Of a stretch of DNA of 64,000 nucleotides, positions 24,139 through 35,504 are shown piece after piece. Below the pieces are notes generated by a model that was not told the DNA's origin, ran no database searches, and worked only from the letters and a program-made list of their open reading frames with translations. How positions within the stretch are numbered: the stretch's first letter is position 1; each line of letters begins with the position of its first letter. Origin of the DNA: Escherichia coli (GTDB lineage Bacteria; Pseudomonadota; Gammaproteobacteria; Enterobacterales; Enterobacteriaceae); assembly GCF_051903065.1 (NCBI RefSeq), contig NZ_CP178438.1. One strand, 5' to 3'. The position numbers and the translations under genes were made by a program.

Positions 24139-25677
24139 TCACCCAACGCCTTTCGCTGTAAACGGCGGTTTCGCAAACCAAACCAAAACCGTAAGTAAGA
24201 TAAAAGCAATAGCCGCCATACGGAAAATCTCATTTGCAGAAATAGAAAGTGACTGCTGGGTTATTTCATTATTAATTTCATTAAGAACTCCTGAAAGCGA
24301 ACCATAGTATTTATCCATAATTTGTGACGATGAATTAAACACAGGGTTAAATTGATCGATGGTTGCTGTCAACTGACTATGGTGTAACGATTCGCGTCGC
24401 CCCCACAGCGTCATTGTCAACGACGTACCAACTGATCCTGACAAGGTACGAAAAAAATTACTCATACTCGAGGCATTGGCAAATTTATTATCTGGCAACC
24501 CTGAAAACGAAATCGTTGTTAAGGGTAAAAAGAAACAGGCAACGGCGAACCCCTGGAAAAACTGTGGCAAAATGATGCCTGTAAAATCAATCGTTGGCAT
24601 AAATGTCACAGAACGCCAGTAATAGCAAACCGCATACATCAAAAAACTAAATGTCACTAACAACCGCATGTCTATTTTGTTGCCATAACGTCCTATCAAA
24701 GGTGAAATTAATAGTGGCATGATGCCGATGGGCGCATAAGCAAGTCCGGCCCATATCGCATTATACCCCATCGTTTCCTGGAGTAACTGCGGCATAAGGA
24801 CGATCGCTCCAGAGTAAAATAAATACGCGCATGTGATACTCACTATACCAATGGTGAAATTACGGGACTTAAACAAACTGAGATCAAGAATCGGGTTCTC
24901 TGAGGTCGACTCCCAAATGACTAAAGAGATCAGAGAAATAACTGATACTACTGTTAATATTATTATTGTACTCGAGTTGAACCAATCCAGATCGCGCCCT
25001 TTATCAAGCATAATTTGCAAGCCACCAACACCGAGCACTAACAGGGTCAGTCCTGGTAGATTCATTTTGACCGGTGAAGTCTCAGTTTCTCTTCCTTTAA
25101 GTAAGGTTAAGCATAATGTCAGGACGATAATACCCATAGGGACATTGATTAAAAATATCCAACCCCAGCTAAAGTTATCGCAAATATATCCGCCTAATAT
25201 CGGCCCACATATCGGAGCTATAATCACGGTCATTGACCATAATGCCAGAGCAAATGTTCTTTTTTCTGGTGGATAATTCCTTAATAATAAACTCTGTGAC
25301 AGTGGAATTAACGGCCCTGCCATTAACCCCTGAACGACTCTAAAAAATATCAACACATCAAGATTGGTCGATAAACTACACATTAAGGAAGACAGCGAAA
25401 AAAAAGTGACTGAAAGTAAAAATAACCTTAATTCGCCTATTCTTTGTGCCAGCCTGCCGGTAACAGGGATCGCAATGGCATTTGCTACGCCAAACGAGGT
25501 GATAACCCAGGTGCCTTCGTCTGTTGATGCTCCCAGAAAGCCAGATATTGTCGGTATTGCGACGTTAGAAATAGTGGAATCCAACATTTGCATAAACGTC
25601 GCTAATGACAATGCAATAGTGACGCACCATAACGTCCCACCGGTTAATGGTGCTGGAGTTGATTTAGTGATTGCCAT
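24139..25677 (-). CDS. emrY: Multidrug efflux MFS transporter EmrY
   Basis: 512 aa, 14-TMS MFS profile; synteny emrK-emrY next to evgAS. Confidence 0.9.
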   Translation of the reverse strand: MAITKSTPAPLTGGTLWCVTIALSLATFMQMLDSTISNVAIPTISGFLGASTDEGTWVITSFGVANAIAIPVTGRLAQRIGELRLFLLSVTFFSLSSLMCSLSTNLDVLIFFRVVQGLMAGPLIPLSQSLLLRNYPPEKRTFALALWSMTVIIAPICGPILGGYICDNFSWGWIFLINVPMGIIVLTLCLTLLKGRETETSPVKMNLPGLTLLVLGVGGLQIMLDKGRDLDWFNSSTIIILTVVSVISLISLVIWESTSENPILDLSLFKSRNFTIGIVSITCAYLFYSGAIVLMPQLLQETMGYNAIWAGLAYAPIGIMPLLISPLIGRYGNKIDMRLLVTFSFLMYAVCYYWRSVTFMPTIDFTGIILPQFFQGFAVACFFLPLTTISFSGLPDNKFANASSMSNFFRTLSGSVGTSLTMTLWGRRESLHHSQLTATIDQFNPVFNSSSQIMDKYYGSLSGVLNEINNEITQQSLSISANEIFRMAAIAFILLTVLVWFAKPPFTAKGVG

Positions 25678-26840
25678 TAAAGTTGTCCATTATGCGAAAT
25701 AATGTTGCTAATTTCTTTTTCTATCGGACTGGTATCGATAACTAAAGCCTTACTGGTATAAGCAGGCATGGAGGTCACGGTTGAAGCCAGATCAGGCATC
25801 TCAGCAATGTCTTCGTCCTTCGTATCAATAGTTGCAGTCATCGATAAACCAATGCGCAAGGGGTGTTCCATGAGTTCTTTTGGATCAAGAGAAACTTCAA
25901 CCGGTACACGCTGAACGATTTTGATCCAGTTCCCTGTCGCATTTTGTGCAGGTAATAAGGAGAACGCATTGCCGGTTCCCATATTGATCCCTGTCACCCG
26001 GCCATGAAACACAACATTTTCACCATAAAGATCGCTGATAATATTGACCGATTGACCAATCCGTACATCCGTGAGTTGTGTTTCTTTAAAGTTGGCATTA
26101 ACCCACATTTGACGTGCCGGTACGACAGCCATTAACGATTGTCCGGGGCTCACTGTTTCGCCGACCTGAACACTTCTCTGGGCAATATAGCCGGTAACCG
26201 GACTCTTAATATCCGTACGTTTAAGCGCCAACCAGGCTTCTTTGGTTGCATCCGCAGCTTCAACGACTTGTGGCTGACGGTTTAATGGTGTGTTCATTAC
26301 TAAAGCTTTATTCGCTTTATAAGCCTGGATAGCGGCATTCAATGCCGCTTTGCTACTTATTAACGTATCTTTGGTATGCTCCAGCGTTTCTTTTGAAATA
26401 ACCCCCTGCTTCGCTAAAGGCACACGACGGTTATAATCTTCTAAAGATTGTTGATACTGAATACGTGCTGAAGCGACTTCGGCACTGTATTGTTTATCCT
26501 GTAAGTACAGTTTATTCGTTTGCCGAACAATATTTGCCAGATTATTTTTAGCTTTATTGAGTGCGATAGTGGCATCAGTTTTATCCAGTGAAACTAAAAT
26601 GTCACCCTGTCGAACGTAGTTCGTATCTTTATGATTAACTACAGTGACACTACCTGAGACTTGTGCAGAAATTGGATCTGCATTCCCCGTGACATAGGCG
26701 TCATCTGTACTAATCATGTCTTCTAATTCCATTGACCAATAGGCATAAGCACCTGAAAACGCAATAAATAAAACTATCGCCAATAAAGAAAAGTATTTTC
26801 TTCTGTTAGAATGTTTTTTATTTGAATTAATCTGTTCCAC
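25677..26840 (-). CDS. emrK: Multidrug efflux membrane fusion protein EmrK
   Basis: 387 aa HlyD-family; overlaps emrY start. Confidence 0.9.
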   Translation of the reverse strand: MEQINSNKKHSNRRKYFSLLAIVLFIAFSGAYAYWSMELEDMISTDDAYVTGNADPISAQVSGSVTVVNHKDTNYVRQGDILVSLDKTDATIALNKAKNNLANIVRQTNKLYLQDKQYSAEVASARIQYQQSLEDYNRRVPLAKQGVISKETLEHTKDTLISSKAALNAAIQAYKANKALVMNTPLNRQPQVVEAADATKEAWLALKRTDIKSPVTGYIAQRSVQVGETVSPGQSLMAVVPARQMWVNANFKETQLTDVRIGQSVNIISDLYGENVVFHGRVTGINMGTGNAFSLLPAQNATGNWIKIVQRVPVEVSLDPKELMEHPLRIGLSMTATIDTKDEDIAEMPDLASTVTSMPAYTSKALVIDTSPIEKEISNIISHNGQL

Positions 26841-27013
26841 TATTATCTCTCATTTCGCATAGATGAAATTTATGAATTGAATGAAAAGAGTATTCATTCT
26901 TCATATCAAACACAGTGCATGTGTTGCACATTATCCCAGGAACGTTGGAGGCCTAATTTAAATGAGGTGCAAAAAAAACAACAGAGGACTAAACCGTGGC
27001 TTTTGCAATACAA

Positions 27014-27031
27014 TTCTTACGCCTGTAGGAT
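27014..27031. promoter_or_regulatory. Candidate EvgA box in emrK-evgA intergenic region
   Basis: ttcttacgcctgtaggat, imperfect 18-bp inverted repeat resembling the recalled TTCYTACA half-site consensus. Confidence 0.4.
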
Positions 27032-27255
27032 TAGTGAGAAGACTTATAGTGCTAACTTGAAACTATAAATCATCGGTATAATCCCTGATTTTATTGTTGA
27101 CATTTCATATATGCCGACTATTTATATGGTATACTTGTCGAATTATCTTAAAGGAAGCTCAAATTTTCTTATTTTTATTGAGAAAATGAGATGATGCCTT
27201 ATGTCTGTATTACTACAGGGAGAAGGGAGATGCTTCATTGCAAAGGGAATAATCT

Positions 27256-27870
27256 ATGAACGCAATAATTATTGATGACCATCCTCTTGCTATCGCAGCA
27301 ATTCGTAATTTATTGATCAAAAACGATATTGAAATCTTAGCAGAGTTGACTGAAGGCGGAAGTGCCGTTCAGCGGGTGGAAACACTTAAGCCTGATATCG
27401 TCATCATTGATGTCGATATCCCCGGAGTTAACGGTATCCAGGTGTTAGAAACGCTGAGGAAGCGCCAATATAGCGGAATTATTATTATCGTCTCCGCTAA
27501 AAATGACCATTTTTACGGGAAACATTGTGCTGATGCTGGCGCTAATGGTTTCGTGAGTAAAAAAGAAGGCATGAACAATATCATTGCGGCTATTGAAGCT
27601 GCAAAAAATGGCTACTGCTATTTCCCCTTCTCTCTCAACCGGTTTGTTGGAAGTTTAACGTCCGACCAGCAAAAACTCGACTCCTTATCGAAACAAGAAA
27701 TTAGTGTCATGCGCTATATTCTTGATGGCAAGGATAATAATGACATTGCTGAAAAAATGTTCATCAGCAACAAAACTGTCAGCACTTATAAAAGTCGCCT
27801 GATGGAAAAATTAGAATGTAAATCACTGATGGATCTTTACACATTCGCACAACGTAACAAAATCGGCTAA
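27256..27870 (+). CDS. evgA: Response regulator EvgA (NarL/FixJ family)
   Basis: 204 aa, MNAIIIDDHPLAIAAIRNLL... Confidence 0.95.
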   Translation: MNAIIIDDHPLAIAAIRNLLIKNDIEILAELTEGGSAVQRVETLKPDIVIIDVDIPGVNGIQVLETLRKRQYSGIIIIVSAKNDHFYGKHCADAGANGFVSKKEGMNNIIAAIEAAKNGYCYFPFSLNRFVGSLTSDQQKLDSLSKQEISVMRYILDGKDNNDIAEKMFISNKTVSTYKSRLMEKLECKSLMDLYTFAQRNKIG

Positions 27871-27874
27871 CCAC

Positions 27875-30800
27875 ATGAAGTTTTTACCCTATATTTTTCT
27901 TCTCTGTTGTGGTCTTTGGTCGACCATAAGTTTCGCAGACGAAGATTACATCGAATATCGTGGCATCAGTAGTAACAACCGTGTCACACTTGATCCACTA
28001 CGTCTGAGCAACAAGGAATTACGTTGGTTAGCGAGCAAAAAAAATCTTGTGATTGCAGTACATAAGTCCCAAACGGCTACGTTGTTGCATACCGATTCGC
28101 AGCAACGGGTTCGTGGTATTAATGCTGATTATTTAAATCTTTTAAAAAGAGCGTTAAATATCAAATTAACACTCCGGGAATACGCCGATCATCAAAAAGC
28201 AATGGACGCGCTGGAAGAAGGTGAAGTCGATATAGTGTTATCACATTTAGTTGCTTCGCCGCCTCTTAATGATGACATTGCTGCAACCAAACCACTGATA
28301 ATTACCTTTCCGGCGCTGGTCACCACCCTTCACGATTCAATGCGACCGCTTACCTCATCAAAACCAGTAAATATTGCTCGAGTAGCAAATTATCCCCCTG
28401 ACGAGGTAATTCATCAATCATTTCCAAAAGCAACAATTATCTCTTTTACAAATTTATATCAGGCATTAGCATCCGTCTCAGCCGGACAGAATGATTACTT
28501 TATTGGTAGTAACATCATTACCAGCAGTATGATTTCCCGCTATTTCACTCACTCCTTAAATGTAGTGAAATATTATAACTCACCGCGTCAATATAATTTT
28601 TTCTTGACCAGAAAAGAATCTGTCGTTCTTAATGAAGTACTCAATCGATTTGTTGATGCTTTGACAAATGAAGTTCGCTATGAAGTATCACAAAATTGGC
28701 TTGATACAGGAAACCTGGCCTTTCTGAACAAACCATTAGAACTCACTGAACATGAAAAACAGTGGATTAAGCAGCATCCCGATTTAAAGGTGCTGGAAAA
28801 TCCTTACTCGCCCCCCTATTCTATGACGGATGAAAATGGCTCGGTTCGGGGCGTTATGGGGGACATTCTTAATATTATTACCTTGCAAACAGGTTTAAAT
28901 TTTTCTCCGATCACCGTTTCACACAATATCCATGCTGGAACACAGCTGAATCCCGGCGGATGGGATATATTACCCGGTGCTATTTATAGTGAAGATAGAG
29001 AAAATAATGTTTTATTTGCTGAAGCCTTCATAACAACGCCTTACGTTTTTGTCATGCAAAAAGCGCCTGACAGTGAACAAACATTAAAAAAAGGAATGAA
29101 AGTTGCCATTCCATATTATTATGAGCTTCATTCGCAATTAAAAGAGATGTATCCGGAGGTAGAGTGGATAAAAGTCGATAACGCCAGCGCTGCATTTCAC
29201 AAGGTCAAGGAAGGCGAACTTGATGCTCTGGTCGCGACACAGTTAAATTCACGTTACATGATCGACCATTACTATCCTAATGAACTTTATCATTTTCTTA
29301 TTCCCGGCGTTCCGAATGCATCGCTTTCGTTCGCTTTTCCTCGCGGAGAACCGGAACTTAAGGATATTATTAATAAAGCACTGAATGCAATCCCCCCAAG
29401 CGAAGTTCTGCGCCTGACCGAAAAATGGATTAAAATGCCCAATGTGACCATTGACACATGGGACCTCTATAGCGAGCAATTTTATATTGTTACGACATTA
29501 TCCGTTTTATTAGTTGGCAGTAGCCTTTTATGGGGATTCTACCTGTTACGCTCAGTTCGTCGTCGTAAAGTCATTCAGGGTGATTTAGAAAACCAAATAT
29601 CATTCCGGAAAGCACTCTCGGATTCCTTACCGAATCCAACTTATGTTGTAAACTGGCAAGGTAATGTCATTAGTCATAATAGTGCTTTTGAACATTATTT
29701 CACTGCGGATTACTACAAAAATGCAATGTTACCATTAGAAAACAGTGACTCCCCCTTTAAAGATGTTTTTTCTAATGCGCATGAAGTCACAGCAGAAACG
29801 AAAGAAAATCGAACAATATACACACAGGTATTTGAAATTGATAATGGCATCGAGAAAAGATGCATTAATCACTGGCATACATTATGCAATCTGCCAGCCA
29901 GCGATCATGCTGTTTATATTTGTGGTTGGCAAGATATTACCGAGACGCGTGATTTAATTCATGCACTCGAAGTAGAGAGAAATAAAGCGATCAATGCAAC
30001 TGTCGCAAAAAGCCAGTTTCTGGCAACAATGAGTCACGAAATAAGAACACCAATTAGCTCCATTATGGGCTTCCTGGAACTTCTGTCGGGTTCTGGTCTT
30101 AGCAAGGAGCAACGTGTGGAGGCGATTTCACTTGCCTACGCCACCGGACAATCACTCCTCGGCTTAATTGGTGAAATCCTTGATGTCGACAAAATTGAAT
30201 CGGGTAACTATCAACTTCAACCACAATGGGTCGATATCCCTACTTTAGTCCAGAACACTTGTCACTCTTTCGGTGCGATTGCTGCAAGCAAATCGATCGC
30301 ATTAAGTTGCAGCAGTACGTTTCCTGAACATTACCTGGTTAAGATCGACCCTCAGGCGTTTAAGCAGGTCTTATCTAATTTACTGAGCAATGCTCTCAAA
30401 TTTACCACCGAGGGGGCAGTAAAAATTACGACCTCCCTGGTTCACATTGATGACAACCACGCTGTAATCAAAATGACGATTATGGATTCTGGAAGTGGAT
30501 TATCACAGGAAGAACAACAACAACTGTTTAAACGTTATAGCCAAACAAGTGCAGGTCGTCAGCAAACAGGTTCTGGTTTAGGCTTAATGATCTGCAAAGA
30601 ATTAATTAAAAACATGCAGGGTGATTTGTCATTAGAAAGTCATCCAGGCATAGGAACAACATTTACGATCACAATCCCGGTAGAAATTACCCAACAAGTG
30701 GCGGCTGTCGAGGCAAAAGCAGAACAACCTATCACACTACCTGAAAAGTTGAGCATATTAATCGCGGATGATCATCCGACCAACAGGCTATTACTCAAAC

Positions 30801-31468
30801 GCCAGCTAAATCTATTAGGATATGATGTTGACGAAGCCACTGATGGTGTGCAAGCGCTACACAAAGTCAGTATGCAACATTATGATCTGCTTATTACTGA
30901 CGTTAATATGCCGAATATGGATGGTTTTGAGTTGACTCGCAAACTCCGTGAGCAAAATTCGTCCTTACCCATCTGGGGGCTTACAGCCAACGCACAGGCT
31001 AACGAACGTGAAAAAGGGTTAAATTGCGGCATGAACTTATGTTTGTTCAAACCGTTGACCCTGGATGTACTGAAAACACATTTAAGTCAGTTACACCAGG
31101 TTGTGCATATTGCACCTCAGTATCGCCACCTTGATATCGAAGCCCTGAAAAATAATACGGCGAACGATCTACAACTGATGCAGGAGATTCTCATGACTTT
31201 CCAGCATGAAACGCATAAAGATCTACCCGCTGCGTTTCATGCACTAGAAGCTGGCGATAACAGAACTTTCCATCAATGTATTCATCGCATCCACGGTGCG
31301 GCTAACATCCTGAATTTGCAAAAGTTGATTAATATTAGCCATCAGTTAGAAATAACACCTGTTTCAGATGACAGTAAACCTGAAATTCTTCAGTTGTTGA
31401 ACTCTGTAAAAGAACACATTGCAGAGCTGGACCAGGAGATTGCTGTTTTCTGTCAACAAAATGACTAA
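27875..31468 (+). CDS. evgS: Hybrid sensor histidine kinase EvgS
   Basis: 1197 aa with periplasmic solute-binding domains, HisKA (SHEIRTP), receiver and HPt domains. Confidence 0.95.
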   Translation: MKFLPYIFLLCCGLWSTISFADEDYIEYRGISSNNRVTLDPLRLSNKELRWLASKKNLVIAVHKSQTATLLHTDSQQRVRGINADYLNLLKRALNIKLTLREYADHQKAMDALEEGEVDIVLSHLVASPPLNDDIAATKPLIITFPALVTTLHDSMRPLTSSKPVNIARVANYPPDEVIHQSFPKATIISFTNLYQALASVSAGQNDYFIGSNIITSSMISRYFTHSLNVVKYYNSPRQYNFFLTRKESVVLNEVLNRFVDALTNEVRYEVSQNWLDTGNLAFLNKPLELTEHEKQWIKQHPDLKVLENPYSPPYSMTDENGSVRGVMGDILNIITLQTGLNFSPITVSHNIHAGTQLNPGGWDILPGAIYSEDRENNVLFAEAFITTPYVFVMQKAPDSEQTLKKGMKVAIPYYYELHSQLKEMYPEVEWIKVDNASAAFHKVKEGELDALVATQLNSRYMIDHYYPNELYHFLIPGVPNASLSFAFPRGEPELKDIINKALNAIPPSEVLRLTEKWIKMPNVTIDTWDLYSEQFYIVTTLSVLLVGSSLLWGFYLLRSVRRRKVIQGDLENQISFRKALSDSLPNPTYVVNWQGNVISHNSAFEHYFTADYYKNAMLPLENSDSPFKDVFSNAHEVTAETKENRTIYTQVFEIDNGIEKRCINHWHTLCNLPASDHAVYICGWQDITETRDLIHALEVERNKAINATVAKSQFLATMSHEIRTPISSIMGFLELLSGSGLSKEQRVEAISLAYATGQSLLGLIGEILDVDKIESGNYQLQPQWVDIPTLVQNTCHSFGAIAASKSIALSCSSTFPEHYLVKIDPQAFKQVLSNLLSNALKFTTEGAVKITTSLVHIDDNHAVIKMTIMDSGSGLSQEEQQQLFKRYSQTSAGRQQTGSGLGLMICKELIKNMQGDLSLESHPGIGTTFTITIPVEITQQVAAVEAKAEQPITLPEKLSILIADDHPTNRLLLKRQLNLLGYDVDEATDGVQALHKVSMQHYDLLITDVNMPNMDGFELTRKLREQNSSLPIWGLTANAQANEREKGLNCGMNLCLFKPLTLDVLKTHLSQLHQVVHIAPQYRHLDIEALKNNTANDLQLMQEILMTFQHETHKDLPAAFHALEAGDNRTFHQCIHRIHGAANILNLQKLINISHQLEITPVSDDSKPEILQLLNSVKEHIAELDQEIAVFCQQND

Positions 31469-31475
31469 ATAGCGG

Positions 31476-31500
31476 CTCCCACAATGTTCAAATGTGGGAG
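31476..31500. terminator. Hairpin between convergent evgS and yfdE
   Basis: 8-bp stem ctcccaca/tgtgggag with 9-nt loop. Confidence 0.45.
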
Positions 31501-31523
31501 CTATTTACCAGCACATCTTACAT

Positions 31524-32669
31524 TTATGATGAGAACTCCTGGCGAATTTGTTCCCCATGCTGGTCGAGCGTTGCCGCTCCCGGCATAACATGCGGGTCCG
31601 CGCAGCCACTGATTTTTATCGGATTACCCGGCATCATTATTCCCCCGGCTTCAATCAACATATTTCTCGCCTGAGTTTGTGGCAAATTAATGGCCTCAGC
31701 CACACTTAATAACGGCGCGACGGGCACACCAACTTCATGTATTCTGGCTAACCAAACTTCAGCTGCCTGTGTTTTTAACGTCCGCTCAATATATTGTTTA
31801 AGAATAGCCTGGTTTTGTACGCGTAAAATATTGCTGCTAAATCTGGGATCATTAACCAGTTCCGTAAGCTCCAGTGCCTGGCATAACGCAGAGAAAAGCT
31901 TGTCATTACCACAACAAATCGTAATCGGCTTATCCTGAGTATCGAAAACATCAAAAGGTGCCATGTAGGGGTGGCGATTTCCCAAACGTTGTGGTGACTT
32001 CCCAGTCGCGATATATGCCATCAGCCCGTGCTCCAGAAAACTCAGCGTGGCATCAAACATCGCTATATCGACATGCGCCCCTCTCTGGCTCTTTTCGCGG
32101 CCATAAAGTGCACTCACTATTCCACTGAATAAATAGACACCGCCACATAGATCCGCAAGAGAAGTGCCAACGCGCACTGGCGGAGCATCAGGGTATCCCG
32201 TTTCCATCATTATCCCGCTCATTGCCTGAATGATGGTATCGTAGGCAGGAGCATCTTTTAGCGGACCGGTATGTCCGAAACCTGACGATGAAGCATATAT
32301 GAGGCGCGGGTTGATTTCTTGTAACCTTTCCCATGAAAACCCCAGTTTTTCCATTGTACCTGGGCGAAAATTCTCAGCTAATACATCAGCTTGTTTAAGC
32401 ATATTTATAAATATACTTTTATCGTGATCATTCTTTAAATCAAGAACCACACTCTCTTTACCATGATTAATAAAACTGTAATAGAGTGACTGTCCATCCA
32501 CATAGGGACCAAATGTGCGGGTATCATCACCATGACCTGGTGGCTCAACTTTAATTACCCTTGCGCCCATATTACAAAGAAGTTGAGTTCCGAAAGGTCC
32601 ATTAAGGACATGTGTCATATCGATAACTAATAAGCCTTCAAACGGCCCTTTGCTTTCATTATTTGTCAT
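31524..32669 (-). CDS. yfdE: Acetyl-CoA:oxalate CoA-transferase (CaiB/BaiF family)
   Basis: 381 aa from ATG at 32669 (MTNNESKGPFEGLLVIDMTH); ORF track starts 13 codons upstream. Confidence 0.9.
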   Translation of the reverse strand: MTNNESKGPFEGLLVIDMTHVLNGPFGTQLLCNMGARVIKVEPPGHGDDTRTFGPYVDGQSLYYSFINHGKESVVLDLKNDHDKSIFINMLKQADVLAENFRPGTMEKLGFSWERLQEINPRLIYASSSGFGHTGPLKDAPAYDTIIQAMSGIMMETGYPDAPPVRVGTSLADLCGGVYLFSGIVSALYGREKSQRGAHVDIAMFDATLSFLEHGLMAYIATGKSPQRLGNRHPYMAPFDVFDTQDKPITICCGNDKLFSALCQALELTELVNDPRFSSNILRVQNQAILKQYIERTLKTQAAEVWLARIHEVGVPVAPLLSVAEAINLPQTQARNMLIEAGGIMMPGNPIKISGCADPHVMPGAATLDQHGEQIRQEFSS

Positions 32670-32742
32670 TTGCTTATGCCTTGAAAAAAGCCGAAGGTGA
32701 AAAGACACTTCGGCATTTATGTAAAATCAATAACATGATTAA

Positions 32743-33687
32743 TTATGAAACCAGTCGACTGACATAAATCCACAAGGGAGCCGTGACGACAAAACCCAGT
32801 ACGCTCACAGCCAATGACGCTGTACCAGTGCGGGTGTAGACATTAAACCGGCTGGCAATAATGATTCCGGAGAATGCCGGCGGTAATGCGCCTGCCAGTA
32901 CCATCATCTGCAGATGTTCGCTGTTCAAATGACATGCCATACCAACAAGAAGCAGCGCCAGTGGCATCAGAATCAGCTTCAGGAAGGTGTTATAAGCAAT
33001 TTCGGCACTGAACTCGAATTTATGTGCAGCCAGAGTCAACCCCGCAGCGAATACCGCTACCCCTGAGTTAGCCTTCGCAATCAGATTAAAGGTTGGGTCC
33101 CATGCTGCCGGAATTTTTACCCCAACCAACACCAGGATCGTTGCCAGAACAGGTGCCCATACAACTGGCTCCTTTGCCGCAGAAATTAATGCGCTCAGAT
33201 TACTATTCTTCTTACCATCCGCTCCTGAGGAAGGATTCAGCAAATACAGACCAATAGGAATAGTAATTGCGTTAACAATAATAGAAATAATTGCTACAAC
33301 TAAACCTGTTGATACGGAATCACCATAAATAGGGTCGAGAACTGCAAATCCCAGGAATCCAATAGTAGGTGAACCTGCAATTAATGCACATACAGCTGCT
33401 TCTGCATGAGTACGTTTAAAAAATTTGTAGCAACCGAACCAGGAGAAAAAGAAACATCCGACAATAACCACAAGTGATACAAGGGTCAGACGAGTGTCCG
33501 CAAAAATCATTTCCCTGTTTGCCCGGGTAATAGATACAAATAGAGCCGCAGGAAGAGCGTAGTTTAATACCAGTTTATTAAATGCCCGAGCTTGATCTTC
33601 TGAAAATGTTTCTCGTCTGCCGCTAAAATAACCCAACAGCATGATTACAATAATAGGCAATAAATCGCCAATAAAAAATGTTAGCAT
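32743..33687 (-). CDS. yfdV: Putative transporter YfdV (AEC family)
   Basis: 314 aa polytopic membrane protein; synteny. Confidence 0.9.
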
Positions 33688-33756
33688 AATAGTATTTCCG
33701 ATAAGGGTCCCCTCACCATCGCATAATGAGTTGGCAAGAGGAGACGATGTCAGTAT

Positions 33757-35451
33757 TTAATTACCAGCGACTTGTTTTGGGTTAAGTTTGGTAATATGGC
33801 CACTTTCAGTTCCTGCTGCTGGGTCGATGACCACATTAATAATGGTCGGTTTGCGCGACTGAATACCGGTGGTTAAAGCATGACGAAGTTCATCTGTCGT
33901 GGTTACGTTATAGCCAACGCCACGAAACGCATCCATTAATTTGTCATACCTTGCATGGTGCAACAGATCTGTTGGTGATGGTGCACCAGCGCCACTGAGA
34001 TCAACACCGTCTCCTCTGTAGATGCCGCCATTATTAAAAATAACGATCGTCACCGGCAGGTTATATCGACAAATCGTTTCAATCTCCATCCCACTGAAAC
34101 CAAAAGCACTATCACCTTCAATGGCGACAACCGGAGAACCAGAGGTCACGCTAGCACCGATGGCATAGCCCATACCGATGCCCATGACACCCCAGGTACC
34201 ACAATCCAGACGACGACGTGGTTTATACATATCAATAATATTTCGTGCATTATCCAGGGTATTTGCACCTTCATTAACTAAATAAATATCCTGGTTCTCA
34301 CGCAATACATCGCGCACAGCACTTAATGCATTAAAGTAATTTAATGGTTGGGTATCTGTACTTAATTTTTCATGCATTTTTTGTGCATTTTGCTGCTTGT
34401 GGATATTTAAAATATCGCGCCATACCAGTGGAGTCGTAAATGTGTTTTGTTTCAGTTCTGCCAGCATACCTTGCATACTGGATGCAATATCGCCAACGAC
34501 TGGCACAGCAATGGGGCGGTTGCTGTCAATTTCCTGCGGTTCAATATCCAGTTGAATAAACTGTGTATCTGCCGCCCATCCTTTTTTACCGTGTGCCAGT
34601 AACCAATTCAGTCGTGCACCAACAAGCATGACAACGTCAGCATTTGCCAGGGCAAACGAACGCGCAGCTGCCGCAGAAAGTGGATGCGTATCTTCGAGGA
34701 TCCCTTTCGCCATAGACATTGGCAGGAATGGAATCTGGGCACTTTCAATAAATTCACGAAGCTGTTCGTCAGCTTGTGAATACGCCGCGCCTTTGCCAAG
34801 GATAATTAATGGCCGTTCAGCTTTTGCTAAAAGCGAAATTGCGCTAGTGACTGACTTCGGGCATGGCAATAATGCTGGCGACGGATTTTCAACTTTTACA
34901 ATCGTGGTTAACGCTTCGTCTTTTTCCATCGTCGCGGCCAGGACATTTGCTGGCAAATCAAGATAAACTCCGCCAGGGCGACCCGATACGGAGACCCGGA
35001 TAGCGCGTGCCAATGCAATGCCAAGATCCTGCGGCTGATTAACGCGAAATGCTGCTTTGGCATACGGTTTTGCCGCATTCATTTGGTCCAGCTCTTCATA
35101 ATCACCTTGCTGTAGGTCAACGATCGCGCGGTCGCTGGAGCCGCTAATCATGATCATCGGAAAACCATTTACCGTTGCGTTGGCCAATGCGGTCAAACCA
35201 TTGAGGAATCCTGGCGCAGACACTGTCAGGCAGATCCCCGGTTTTTGGGTAAGAAAACCGCTTGCCGCAGCGGCATAGCCTGCCGACTGCTCATGACGAA
35301 AACCAATATAACGAATGCCTTCCGCCTGGGCATGGCGCGCCATATCCGTCACAGGAATACCTACAACACCATAAATAGTGTCAATATTATTCTGTTTTAA
35401 TGCTTCAACGATGATATGCATACCATCTGTCATTTGAAGTTGATCTGACAT
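33757..35451 (-). CDS. oxc: Oxalyl-CoA decarboxylase (ThDP-dependent)
   Basis: 564 aa; ThDP-binding motif GDSAFGFSGMEIET... Confidence 0.95.
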   Translation of the reverse strand: MSDQLQMTDGMHIIVEALKQNNIDTIYGVVGIPVTDMARHAQAEGIRYIGFRHEQSAGYAAAASGFLTQKPGICLTVSAPGFLNGLTALANATVNGFPMIMISGSSDRAIVDLQQGDYEELDQMNAAKPYAKAAFRVNQPQDLGIALARAIRVSVSGRPGGVYLDLPANVLAATMEKDEALTTIVKVENPSPALLPCPKSVTSAISLLAKAERPLIILGKGAAYSQADEQLREFIESAQIPFLPMSMAKGILEDTHPLSAAAARSFALANADVVMLVGARLNWLLAHGKKGWAADTQFIQLDIEPQEIDSNRPIAVPVVGDIASSMQGMLAELKQNTFTTPLVWRDILNIHKQQNAQKMHEKLSTDTQPLNYFNALSAVRDVLRENQDIYLVNEGANTLDNARNIIDMYKPRRRLDCGTWGVMGIGMGYAIGASVTSGSPVVAIEGDSAFGFSGMEIETICRYNLPVTIVIFNNGGIYRGDGVDLSGAGAPSPTDLLHHARYDKLMDAFRGVGYNVTTTDELRHALTTGIQSRKPTIINVVIDPAAGTESGHITKLNPKQVAGN

Positions 35452-35504
35452 GATTAATAACCTCGAAATTTTTATAAATTGGGAGCCAGAAGCCCCCGTT
35501 AATA